DNA of 64,000 nucleotides from Thermoplasmata archaeon (GTDB lineage: Archaea; Thermoplasmatota; Thermoplasmata; Lutacidiplasmatales; UBA184), in contig JAVYSA010000002.1 of assembly GCA_038729445.1 (NCBI GenBank), positions 1,064-65,063 of the forward strand, written 5' to 3'. Shown here in pieces: positions 32,656 through 40,804 of the stretch. Made by a program: the position numbers and the translations under genes. A model generated the notes under the pieces. It did not search any database. It saw only the letters and a list, made by a program, of their open reading frames with translations, and had not been told where the DNA came from. Each line of letters opens with the position of its first letter. Position 1 is the stretch's first letter.

Positions 32656-34101
32656 TTAGCGGTGGCGCCGCGGCGGGCTGAGCGCGGCGCCCCCCGGCCC
32701 AGCCGTCCCCATGGGAAGGGGCCGCACCGCCGCCCGTTCGGGCGGGTCCGGCGGGGGACGGCGGGCGAGCCGGGGACGGACCCGGAAGACCGGATACGGG
32801 ATCGGGAGCAGCAACAATAGGCCGACGCCGACGACCGCCGCGGCGAGGATGTAGGTGAACCGGAAGCCTGCGGCCACGAAGAGCCAGCCCCCGAGCACCG
32901 TGCCGATGAGGCTTCCCATCCCGGCGACGGCGTTGTAGAGCCCGAGGGCGCGGCCGCGCGCCGCGCGGCCCACCAGACGGATCAGGAACAGCGTGCTCGC
33001 GGTGCTGATGAACGCCCAGCTCACCCCCATGAGCGCGTTGAGCGCGGTCATCGCCCCCGTCCGGTCCGGGCCGGCGAAGGCGAAGATCACCGAGGTGGGG
33101 GCGGCGACGAAGACCAGGATGAGGAGGATGCGGGCCGCCAGGGAACCGAGAAACACGGACTTCGGGGAATAGATCTCGACCGCCCGCCCGGAGTGGAAGA
33201 AGAGGGCGGTCGACGCGGCGGCCGCCCCCAGGTAGACGACGAAGACCGACGCGTCGGACAGGTGCGAGGTCTGCCAGAGGAAGACGGGAAACGGCCCATA
33301 AAACAGGTCGAATCCGACGCTCATCACCCCCATCGCGGCCAGGAAGATCCACTCGCGTCGGGGAAGACGGCTCTCGGGAGCCCGGGTGAGCTCGATGATG
33401 TTCAGGACGCGGGAGCGGACGTGGCGGAGCCGCTCGATCGCCCCGCGGTTCAGGTGGATGAGCTCGGCGACGGCCGACCGGGCGATCCGGGTCTTGGGCT
33501 CCTCGATCCACCACCAGGCGATCCCCGCCGCGAGCAGCGCGAGGGCACCGGAGAGGAGGAGCAGCGCGGTCATTGCCGGGACCGGAGGCTGGCCGCGGCT
33601 CACGACGAAGAGCCAGAGGATCCCGAGGGCGAGCCCCACCGTGGTGCCCAGCCCCGAGATCAGGCCGAAGAGGCCGATGTCGGTGGGCCACCAGCGCTTC
33701 TGCCGGGTCTCCAGCAGCAGCATCGTCCCGATGGGGGCGCTCGCCGCGACGGCGAGCCCCTCGACGACGTTGAGCCAGAAGAACGTCACGAGATCCTGCG
33801 CGAGGGCGATGAGCACGATGCTCACGCCGGTCGCGGCGAAGGAGCCGACCAGGAAGTACTTGCGGTGGGCGATCCGGTCCGACAGGTTGCCCCAGAGGAT
33901 GGTGAACGGCACCTGGCTCATCGCGCTCGCGGCGATGATGAGGGTGACGGCGAAGGCGGAGGCGCCGAAGTGCTGCAGCGCGAGGAGCGGGATGAGCGGG
34001 GTGGCGATCCCGTCGGAGATGGCGAGCGGCAGGTAGGCGAAGAACCAGAGGTCATTCGATGATGGTCGGAGTTCGACCTTCTCCTTGATGTCGATGCTCA
34101 C
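32656..34101 (-). CDS. MFS transporter
   Basis: 12 or more hydrophobic helices. WGNLSDRIAHRKYFLV resembles the MFS loop 2-3 motif. Typical two-halves architecture. Confidence 0.8.
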   Translation of the reverse strand: MSIDIKEKVELRPSSNDLWFFAYLPLAISDGIATPLIPLLALQHFGASAFAVTLIIAASAMSQVPFTILWGNLSDRIAHRKYFLVGSFAATGVSIVLIALAQDLVTFFWLNVVEGLAVAASAPIGTMLLLETRQKRWWPTDIGLFGLISGLGTTVGLALGILWLFVVSRGQPPVPAMTALLLLSGALALLAAGIAWWWIEEPKTRIARSAVAELIHLNRGAIERLRHVRSRVLNIIELTRAPESRLPRREWIFLAAMGVMSVGFDLFYGPFPVFLWQTSHLSDASVFVVYLGAAAASTALFFHSGRAVEIYSPKSVFLGSLAARILLILVFVAAPTSVIFAFAGPDRTGAMTALNALMGVSWAFISTASTLFLIRLVGRAARGRALGLYNAVAGMGSLIGTVLGGWLFVAAGFRFTYILAAAVVGVGLLLLLPIPYPVFRVRPRLARRPPPDPPERAAVRPLPMGTAGPGGAALSPPRRHR

Positions 34102-34178
34102 GATGCGCGCTCCGGCCCCCCGCGACCGGGAACCCGGCAGGATAAACCCTCAGTTCGTCCGGCACGCGCCGGGCCGCG

Positions 34179-34751
34179 CTAGGGGGGGACGGGGACCCCC
34201 AGGGTCTCGAGCAGCCGGCGGTACTCGTCCGGTCCGATCCACTCGACCTTGAGGTAGTCCTGGAGGAAGGCGTCGGAGGCACCGAGGCGGCGCGCCTCCT
34301 CGATCACGACCCGGTACGCCTCGATCTCGGTGGGGCGCTCGACGTAGCCGAGGCCGGGCGGCCAGAGGTCCGCGCCGTTCCGGCGCTGGCGGACATGGCA
34401 GAGCTCGTGATAGATGTCCATGTAGAGGACGATCGCCGGGCTGTGCCGGAGGTGCGATCGGCCGACGACGATGCAATCCTGGTCGGGGGAGACGATCGGT
34501 CGCCAGCCGGCGCGATGGGCGGGGATCTCGCGGGGAGCCACGTACATCCACAGGTCTGCCGGCACGATCTGGACCGCGGTCTCCGCGACCAGCGCGGCGC
34601 GCCGGACCGGATCCGGTTCGACTTGGCCGGCCAGGGGAAGCGATCCGATCCCGGGAAAGACGGACTCGAGCGGATGGCGCCCGGCTGGGAGATCCCTCGC
34701 GATGCGGAATCCGCCGGGAGGGTCGGGTCCCGGCGGGGATCGGGACGTCAT
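34179..34751 (-). CDS. Hypothetical protein with an HExxH zinc-metallopeptidase motif
   Basis: IVLYMDIYHELCHVRQRRNG...VERPTEIEAYRVVIEEARRLG: HELCH plus a downstream Glu candidate ligand. Start chosen at ATG 34751, 22 nt downstream of a weak TTATGG element. Alternative start is ATG 34778. Confidence 0.55.
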   Translation of the reverse strand: MTSRSPPGPDPPGGFRIARDLPAGRHPLESVFPGIGSLPLAGQVEPDPVRRAALVAETAVQIVPADLWMYVAPREIPAHRAGWRPIVSPDQDCIVVGRSHLRHSPAIVLYMDIYHELCHVRQRRNGADLWPPGLGYVERPTEIEAYRVVIEEARRLGASDAFLQDYLKVEWIGPDEYRRLLETLGVPVPP

Positions 34752-34831
34752 CCCCGGCCCCGAGGAATCCGTGCCCATAACCCCACCCCCCCCGGCGGCG
34801 GTCTCATCTGCCGTCGCGGGATGGCCGGAGC

Positions 34832-35830
34832 ATGCGGCCACGCCGCGTTTCCATCCTCCCGTTCCCGGGGCTGCGGGTCGGCCATGCCCGGGACCCGGAG
34901 CTCGACAGCGGCGTGACGGTGCTCCGCTTCGACCGCGCGGCTCCGGTCGCCCTCGTCGCCCGGGGAGGGGCATCCGCGACCTACGATACCGGCTCGCTGG
35001 GCCTTGACGCGACCTTCGGCCGGCGCTGGGCGATCTTCTTCAGCGGTGGCAGCGTCTACGGCCTGGACGCCGGTCGGGGGGTGCGCACCCGTCTCCTCGA
35101 AGAGGGGGAAGGAGGGCATGCTCTCGGCGGGGCGTTCCCGATCCTTCCGATCGCCGGGGCGGCGATCTTCGACCTTCCGAGCCGACCCGGGCCGATTCCG
35201 GACTACCTTCCTCTGGGGTACGAGGCGACCCGGTCGGCGAGCTCCCGTCCATTCCCGAGCGGCCGGATCGGTGCGGGGGCCGGGGCGACGCTCGGCAAGT
35301 ACTTGGGCCGGCGATCCGCGTCTCGCGGGGGACTCGGCGCATTGGCGGTCCAGGAGCCGTTCGGCCGGATCGGGGCGCTCGCGGTCGTGAACGCCGCCGG
35401 GGCGGTCCGTGACCCGGAGACGGGCCGGTGGCTTGCCGGGGCCCGCGACGCCCGAGGCCGGATCGTCCCTCCCGCGGGGCAGAGCCATGAGCGCCACCGG
35501 ATGGCCGGGGGACACACGACCTTGGCGGCCATCGTCACGGACCTCGCCTTCGACCGGCCGGCCCTCGCCCGGATCGCGGAGATTGCCACCGCCGGTGCGG
35601 CACGCACGGTCGTTCCGTACGCCACGAGCGTCGACGGGGACCTGACCTTCGCCGCGTCGACCGAGCGCCGGGCGCTCCCGCGCGCGGCGGAGCGCCCCTG
35701 GGCCCTGGTCGACGCCGTCGGGACGGCGGCAGCGGCCCTCCTCGTCGAGGCGATCGGCCGGGCCGTGCGATCCTCGGGGCCTACGGGGCCGCCGGCCGAC
35801 GGATCGACGCGCCGCGCAGCCCCCGGATGA
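34832..35830 (+). CDS. Peptidase S58 (DmpA/L-aminopeptidase, P1 family)
   Basis: LPFPGLRVGHARDPELDSGVTVLRF...GGASATYDTGSL...SGGSVYGLDA...GHTTLAAIVTDLAFD...TSVDGDLTFA. Confidence 0.75.
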   Translation: MRPRRVSILPFPGLRVGHARDPELDSGVTVLRFDRAAPVALVARGGASATYDTGSLGLDATFGRRWAIFFSGGSVYGLDAGRGVRTRLLEEGEGGHALGGAFPILPIAGAAIFDLPSRPGPIPDYLPLGYEATRSASSRPFPSGRIGAGAGATLGKYLGRRSASRGGLGALAVQEPFGRIGALAVVNAAGAVRDPETGRWLAGARDARGRIVPPAGQSHERHRMAGGHTTLAAIVTDLAFDRPALARIAEIATAGAARTVVPYATSVDGDLTFAASTERRALPRAAERPWALVDAVGTAAAALLVEAIGRAVRSSGPTGPPADGSTRRAAPG

Positions 35831-36365
35831 GGTCGGTCTTCGTCACGATCCCCTCGATGACCCCCCGGTGCGTGACCAGGACGGCGGGCACGTGCCCAAG
35901 CAGCGTGGCCAGGAGCTCGACCGGGAAGTCGCGGTCGACCTGGGGGTACGCGCTCTCCTGGACGTCCCTCGCGCGCGGGGGAGGGCCGCGGCGCCCCGGC
36001 CGGGCGAGCGCCTTGAGCAGGGCGGATTCGGAGAGCGATCCCGTGACCCGCCCCCCCTCCACGATCGGCACCTGGGAGATGCCGAACTGCTCCATCTGCA
36101 CCGCCGCCTCCGTGAGGGGCGTTGACCCGTCGATCGTCCGCACGGAGCGTGTCATCACGTCCCGGGCGCGGAGCCCCGGCATCAGGGCGCCCTCCTGGTC
36201 GTCCAGGAATCCGACGATCCTCTGGACGAGCTCGTAGGAGGGCCGGATCTGCCCACGCTCAATCCGAGAGATCGTCGCGTCGCTCCTCCCGACGGCCCGC
36301 GCCAGGGTCGCGAGGGGGATGCCCAGCGCGCGCCGCCGGCGGCGGATCTCGGAGATCGAGTCCAC
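35781..36365 (-). CDS. XRE-type HTH plus CBS-pair transcriptional regulator
   Basis: IRRRRRALGIPLATLARAVGRSDATISRIERGQIRPSYELVQRI is followed by two CBS-like segments (ARDVMTRSVRTIDGSTPLTEAAVQMEQFGISQVPIVE...; ...AVLVTHRGVIEGIVTKTDLIRGL). GTG start. The 3' end overlaps the convergent S58 gene by 50 nt. Confidence 0.8.
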   Translation of the reverse strand: MDSISEIRRRRRALGIPLATLARAVGRSDATISRIERGQIRPSYELVQRIVGFLDDQEGALMPGLRARDVMTRSVRTIDGSTPLTEAAVQMEQFGISQVPIVEGGRVTGSLSESALLKALARPGRRGPPPRARDVQESAYPQVDRDFPVELLATLLGHVPAVLVTHRGVIEGIVTKTDLIRGLRGASIRRPAAP

Positions 36366-36492
36366 GCACGGGCATCTCCCGGACGGCTATGGAGGTTCCC
36401 CCTTCGCAGGGGGTCGGGCCGGCACCGGGGCGGCTGACCGGACCGGACAGCGGAAAAGTAGAAGGGGCTCCCCGCGCCTCAACGGGACGGCC

Positions 36493-36747
36493 ATGAGCGC
36501 TCCGCGACGCACCGCGTGGATCGTCGCCCCGCCCGAGATCTGCTGCCTGTGCCAGGAACCGCTCGGGGCGCCCGACGAGACCAGCTCGTGGAACGGGCGG
36601 CCCGCGCACCGGGACTGCGTCCGGATCCACCTCATCCAGAACGACAGCGCCTTCCGCGGCGCCTTCGAGTCGGAGGAGACCAGCGAGGGGTCGGGCGATT
36701 CCTTCGACGGGGGTCCCTCGGGAGACGATGACGATCCGGGGTTCTGA
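36493..36747 (+). CDS. Hypothetical small protein (84 aa): Cys/His N-terminal half and strongly acidic tail
   Basis: MSAPRRTAWIVAPPEICCLCQEPLGAPDETSSWNGRPAHRDCVRIHLIQNDSAFRGAFESEETSEGSGDSFDGGPSGDDDDPGF. Ends 144 nt upstream of the radical SAM gene. No homolog recognised. Confidence 0.35.
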   Translation: MSAPRRTAWIVAPPEICCLCQEPLGAPDETSSWNGRPAHRDCVRIHLIQNDSAFRGAFESEETSEGSGDSFDGGPSGDDDDPGF

Positions 36748-36833
36748 GCGTCGGCCGCCCCGCGGGACGTCGTACGGGCCCCGTGCCGGGAATGGAGGAA
36801 CCCCCGAATTAGTCACCCCGGTGCGTCGCAACG

Positions 36834-36841
36834 CATAAAAG
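36834..36841 (+). promoter_or_regulatory. TATA-like box (CATAAAAG) 50 nt upstream of the radical SAM ATG; a GGAGG lies 7 nt before the ATG
   Basis: AT-rich island plus a Shine-Dalgarno-like motif, suggesting a leadered mRNA. Confidence 0.45.
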
Positions 36842-36891
36842 GGGGCCCTTCGTGGCTCCCGCCGACCACCGCCGGCGGTGGAGGAACCAGG

Positions 36892-38484
36892 ATGCCCGAG
36901 ATCGTCATCACATGCGACTGGACGATGATGAGCAACCACAACGGCAAGGAGTTCCTGGGGTTCGGGACGACGACCCCGGCGTACGTCCTGCCCGAGCGCG
37001 TCTACAAGCGCCTCTTCTATCCGGACATGCCGGTCGACGAGAACGGCTTCCCGCTCCAGGCCCCCTACGGGATGCGGAAGATCGAGGCCTCCCTCATCGA
37101 CGCCGGATACGATGCTCGGATCGTCCACCCGAGCCATCTCGACCGATACATGCCGGGGGAGGCGAAGGTCCTGCTGATCAGCGGGCACGACTACTTCGGG
37201 CTGAACCCACCGGCGTCGACCTTCGGCGGGGTCATGCACAAGGACCCGCTCAACTGCGTGAACTTCAAGCGCATGATGACCCAGCCGGCGGTCGTCGAGG
37301 CCCGCAAGAGGGGCATGAAGATCATCGCCGGGGGACCCTGTGCCTGGCAGCTCGCCCCCCCGACCCGGATGAAGCTCCCTTGGATCCAGCAGTTCGTCGA
37401 CTCGTTTGGCGGCATCGACACGGTGGTCGAAGGGGAAGGGGACCTCTACGTCCGCGAGATCGTCCGCAAGGCGCTGGCGGACGAGTACCTGCCCCCCCAC
37501 GTGATCCTCGGCGCGAAGGAGGCGCCGAAGGTCGAGCAGATCTCGTCGATCAAGTACCCCAGCGTCAACGGCCTGATCGAGATCGGCCGGGGCTGCTGCC
37601 GGGGATGCTCGTTCTGCTCGGTGACGACCCGGCCGACCCGCTGGTACGGCCTCGACAAGATCGAGGAGGAGCTCAAGGTCAACGCGAAGATCGGGATCCG
37701 CAAGGGGATCCTGCACTCCGACGACGTCTACTTCTACGGGTCGCCCAACGTCATGCCCCGCGAGGAGAAGCTGATCCCGCTCCTGAAGCTGGCCAAGCGC
37801 TACTACCAGCAGGTCGGCTGGAGCCATGTCGCGATCGCCTCGCTGATGACCAAGCCGAAGCTCCTGTCGAAGTGCGCCGAGGTCCTTGTCGACGACAAGC
37901 AGTCCTGGTGGGGCGTCGAGGTCGGGGTGGAGACGGGATCCCCGCGCATGATCACGGCGGCGATGCCCGGCAAGGTCGCCCCGTTCAAGGCCTCGCAGTG
38001 GCCAGAGCTCGTCGTCCAGGCGGCCGGCCTGATGAACGACAACCACGTCTATCCGGCCTGCACGTTCATCGTCGGGCTCCCGCAGGAGACCGAGGACGAC
38101 GTCCTCAAGACGATCCAGCTCATCGACGACCTCTGGGACTTCAAGGGCCTGCTCGTGCCGATGTTCTTCGTGCCGCTCGGCCACCTCAAGTCCCGCGACT
38201 GGTTCCGCCGCGACATGCTGAGCCCCGTGCAGGAGGAGCTGCTCAAGCGGGCGCTCTCGCACGGTCTCCGCCAGTCGAAGAGCCTCCTCACCGACTTCTT
38301 CGACTGGGAGGGCAACCACACCCGGGCCTACCGCGCGGCGTTCCGCGGGTTCATCGGGTTCCTGGACTTCGTGGCCAAGAGCCGCGGACTGTGGAGCCCA
38401 CCGAGCCGGCCGGGCCGCCCGATCGAGGACCCGAACCTGCATCCGGACCGGATTCCGGTCCCCACCATTCCGGTCCGGGAGTAG
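36892..38484 (+). CDS. B12-binding-domain-type radical SAM protein (530 aa)
   Basis: The N-terminal Rossmann-like region (KVLLISGHDYFGLNPP) precedes IEIGRGCCRGCSFCSV, which carries the CxxxCxxC radical SAM cluster motif. Size and layout match class-B-like rSAM enzymes. Confidence 0.85.
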   Translation: MPEIVITCDWTMMSNHNGKEFLGFGTTTPAYVLPERVYKRLFYPDMPVDENGFPLQAPYGMRKIEASLIDAGYDARIVHPSHLDRYMPGEAKVLLISGHDYFGLNPPASTFGGVMHKDPLNCVNFKRMMTQPAVVEARKRGMKIIAGGPCAWQLAPPTRMKLPWIQQFVDSFGGIDTVVEGEGDLYVREIVRKALADEYLPPHVILGAKEAPKVEQISSIKYPSVNGLIEIGRGCCRGCSFCSVTTRPTRWYGLDKIEEELKVNAKIGIRKGILHSDDVYFYGSPNVMPREEKLIPLLKLAKRYYQQVGWSHVAIASLMTKPKLLSKCAEVLVDDKQSWWGVEVGVETGSPRMITAAMPGKVAPFKASQWPELVVQAAGLMNDNHVYPACTFIVGLPQETEDDVLKTIQLIDDLWDFKGLLVPMFFVPLGHLKSRDWFRRDMLSPVQEELLKRALSHGLRQSKSLLTDFFDWEGNHTRAYRAAFRGFIGFLDFVAKSRGLWSPPSRPGRPIEDPNLHPDRIPVPTIPVRE

Positions 38485-38503
38485 GCGGCCTTGGGCCGTC
38501 CCC

Positions 38504-39010
38504 CTACGGTACGGGGGGATCGTCGCCCCGGTGGATGGCAGGCCTCGGTCGCCCCTCGGGGAGCGTCCCCTCGACGGTCCCGTCCGGACCCACGACCGGA
38601 AGCGGGACCGGCTCCCCCCGGCTGTCGTAGGCCCTCCACGAGCTCGGTCCGAACGGCCGGCCGAGGATGAGGTGACGGCTTCCCCAGTTGCGGAAGAGCT
38701 GGACGTCGGCGCCGGAGGGGTGGAGCGCCCCGGAGGGGTGCGAATGGACCGTGCCGACCACCGACAGGTCGGCATGAAGCATGTAGAACTGGAAGTTGGC
38801 ATGCCGTCTCCCGGCGGTCGTCCCGGGCACCAGCAGCATCTCGGAGATCACTCCGGGCGGATCGGCCCGCAGGACGGCGCCGAACTCGTTCGGGAGCGCA
38901 CTGGCGGCGCTGGCCAGAACCCCGTCGAGGAGCTGGCGCGTGACCACCCACCGGAACGCGCCCTCCGGCCCGGGCACCCTGCGGCGGCGTTCCCGCCGGA
39001 AGATCGGCAT
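38504..39010 (-). CDS. JAB1/MPN/Mov34 (JAMM) metalloprotease-domain protein (168 aa)
   Basis: NEFGAVL...GTVHSHPSGALHPSGADVQLF contains an exact HxH-x7-S-xx-D JAMM motif with an upstream Glu. Start is ATG 39010, 5 nt after the nadK stop (the track ORF extends to 39244). Confidence 0.75.
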   Translation of the reverse strand: MPIFRRERRRRVPGPEGAFRWVVTRQLLDGVLASAASALPNEFGAVLRADPPGVISEMLLVPGTTAGRRHANFQFYMLHADLSVVGTVHSHPSGALHPSGADVQLFRNWGSRHLILGRPFGPSSWRAYDSRGEPVPLPVVGPDGTVEGTLPEGRPRPAIHRGDDPPVP

Positions 39011-39015
39011 CGGGC

Positions 39016-39879
39016 TCACTCCTCCGGTTCGGGAGGAGGATCGCCCGCCTGGGACCACGGGAGGATCCCCTTCCCCTGCAGGCCGCCCAGCCACGGCGTG
39101 CCGAACCGCACAAACCGGGCCCGTCGGGGCGACCGGTAGATCCGGACCGCCCCTCCGACGGGGACCGGGCACTCCTCCTGGCCATCGACGACGCAGACCA
39201 TCGGCACGCCCTCGGGGACCGCACGGACGGAGACGGTCCGCCATGGATCGAGGACGAGCGCCCGGCTGGCCGCGCGGAAGGGCGCGATCGCGGTGACGAC
39301 GATCGCCTCAAGGGTCGGCTCGACGATCGGCCCGAACGCGCTCAGCGAGTAACCGGTCGACCCGGTCGGGGTCGAGACGATGATCCCATCCGCACGGATC
39401 CGGCCCAGGGCCGACCCGTCCATGGCGATCTCGAAATCGACCATCTTGGCCGCGCGCAGGCCGTGCACCACGACCTCGTTCGTGGCGTCCGGGGCTGGGA
39501 GGGGCCCGGCGGAGACCGCGAGCTTCATCCGGTCATCGATCGCGTAGCGGCCGGTCGAGAGCCGGCCGAGGCACTCATCGACCTCGGCCTGCCGCCGGGC
39601 GTCGATCTCCGCGAGGACCCCGACCGTACCGGCGTTGAGCGCCACGAGCGGCACCGGGGTCTGCCGAAGGACCGAGAGGAACGTCCCGTCGCCCCCGATC
39701 GCGACGACCAGGTCGCCGTCGAAGGTCGCGATCGGCGCCCGCTCGCCCGGCAGGCCGAAGGCCTCCGGAACGGTGTCGGCGACCACCAGGTCCCCGGCGG
39801 AGGCCAGGCGTTCGGCGATGTGGCGGGCGACGGGTACCACCGCCGGCTTGCGGGGGTGGACGACCAGCCCGTACCTCAT
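39016..39879 (-). CDS. nadK: NAD kinase
   Basis: MRYGLVVHPRK...DLVVAIGGDGTFL...NEVVV...DGIIVSTPTGSTGYSLSAFGPIV. The ATG at 39879 overlaps the upstream stop (ATGA). Confidence 0.9.
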   Translation of the reverse strand: MRYGLVVHPRKPAVVPVARHIAERLASAGDLVVADTVPEAFGLPGERAPIATFDGDLVVAIGGDGTFLSVLRQTPVPLVALNAGTVGVLAEIDARRQAEVDECLGRLSTGRYAIDDRMKLAVSAGPLPAPDATNEVVVHGLRAAKMVDFEIAMDGSALGRIRADGIIVSTPTGSTGYSLSAFGPIVEPTLEAIVVTAIAPFRAASRALVLDPWRTVSVRAVPEGVPMVCVVDGQEECPVPVGGAVRIYRSPRRARFVRFGTPWLGGLQGKGILPWSQAGDPPPEPEE

Positions 39880-40769
39880 GCGGAACCGCCTCCCCGGCCG
39901 AGGAACGCGGGATCGCCGACCGCCACGATGCTCGTGCGCCGGTCCACCCGGAGCGGCAAGGAGCCGATCGGGCTTCCCTCGGCGTCGACGACCCGGCCGC
40001 CGGCCTCCTCCACGATCAGGGTGCCCGCGGCGATGTCGGTGACGCGGAGGTTCCGCTCGGGCGGGACATTGTCGAAGAGATACGCATCGGCGGACCCCTG
40101 GGCGACCTGGGCGAGCTCGAGCGAGGCGCAGCCGATCGCGCGGATCCGGCGGGCGGAATGGATCCTCCCGATGAGCCGGGAGGCGGTGAACCGCCCCAGG
40201 TTCGCGTGCACGAGATCGTGGCCCTCCACCCATCGTCGCGTGCGGATCCGCTCGCCATTGCGATAGGCGCCACCGCCCCGCCGGGCCCAGAAGGTCGTCC
40301 CGCGGAAGAGATCGTGGACGAGGCCGATCGTGACCCCAGAAAGGTCCTCACGGCCCAGGGCGAGGGACACGGAAGCGAAGGGGATGCCGTGCACCGCGTT
40401 GTGGCTCCCGTCGATCGGGTCCGCGATGAGGACGGCTCCCCCGCCCCGCCGGACGAGACCGGCCTCCTCGCTCAGGAGGTCCCAGTCGACCCGCTCGGCA
40501 TCCATGCAGGCGAGGATCGTCCGCTCCGCGATCCGATCGATCCGCTCCGTCGGGGATCCGCTGGCTCCCATCGCGACGACGTCGGCACGCCCAGGCATGC
40601 TCACGCTGGTCCGCACGGCCCGATGGACCTCGAGGGCGATCCGGACCAGGATCTCGAGCGGATCGGATGCGGGGCCGGAGACCGTCCCATCCGCCTCGTT
40701 CGCCCCGGCGCGCACGCTGCCGGGAACCGGGGCCGGTTCATGAGGGCTCGCAGCGCTCTCCCGGGGCAA
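39876..40769 (-). CDS. Inositol monophosphatase/FBPase-family phosphatase (possible NADP phosphatase)
   Basis: LLSEEAG...LIADPIDGSHN...RAIGCASLELAQVAQGSADAY...VTDIAAGTLIVEEAGG are the classic IMPase motifs. Confidence 0.85.
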   Translation of the reverse strand: MPRESAASPHEPAPVPGSVRAGANEADGTVSGPASDPLEILVRIALEVHRAVRTSVSMPGRADVVAMGASGSPTERIDRIAERTILACMDAERVDWDLLSEEAGLVRRGGGAVLIADPIDGSHNAVHGIPFASVSLALGREDLSGVTIGLVHDLFRGTTFWARRGGGAYRNGERIRTRRWVEGHDLVHANLGRFTASRLIGRIHSARRIRAIGCASLELAQVAQGSADAYLFDNVPPERNLRVTDIAAGTLIVEEAGGRVVDAEGSPIGSLPLRVDRRTSIVAVGDPAFLGRGGGSA

Positions 40770-40804
40770 GGCGACCTTAAATCAGGAGCCCGGCTCGGCG
40801 CGCC

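Noticed and set aside
31049-33691. 880-aa ORF on the minus strand, and the 826-aa plus-strand ORF 30201..32681
   Set aside because: They are off-frame or antisense to TruD, the MFS transporter and the kaiC-like genes. The translations are Arg/Pro/Gly-rich.
36259-38802. 847-aa ORF on the minus strand
   Set aside because: It is antisense to the radical SAM gene, whose CxxxCxxC motif and high GC3 identify the true frame.
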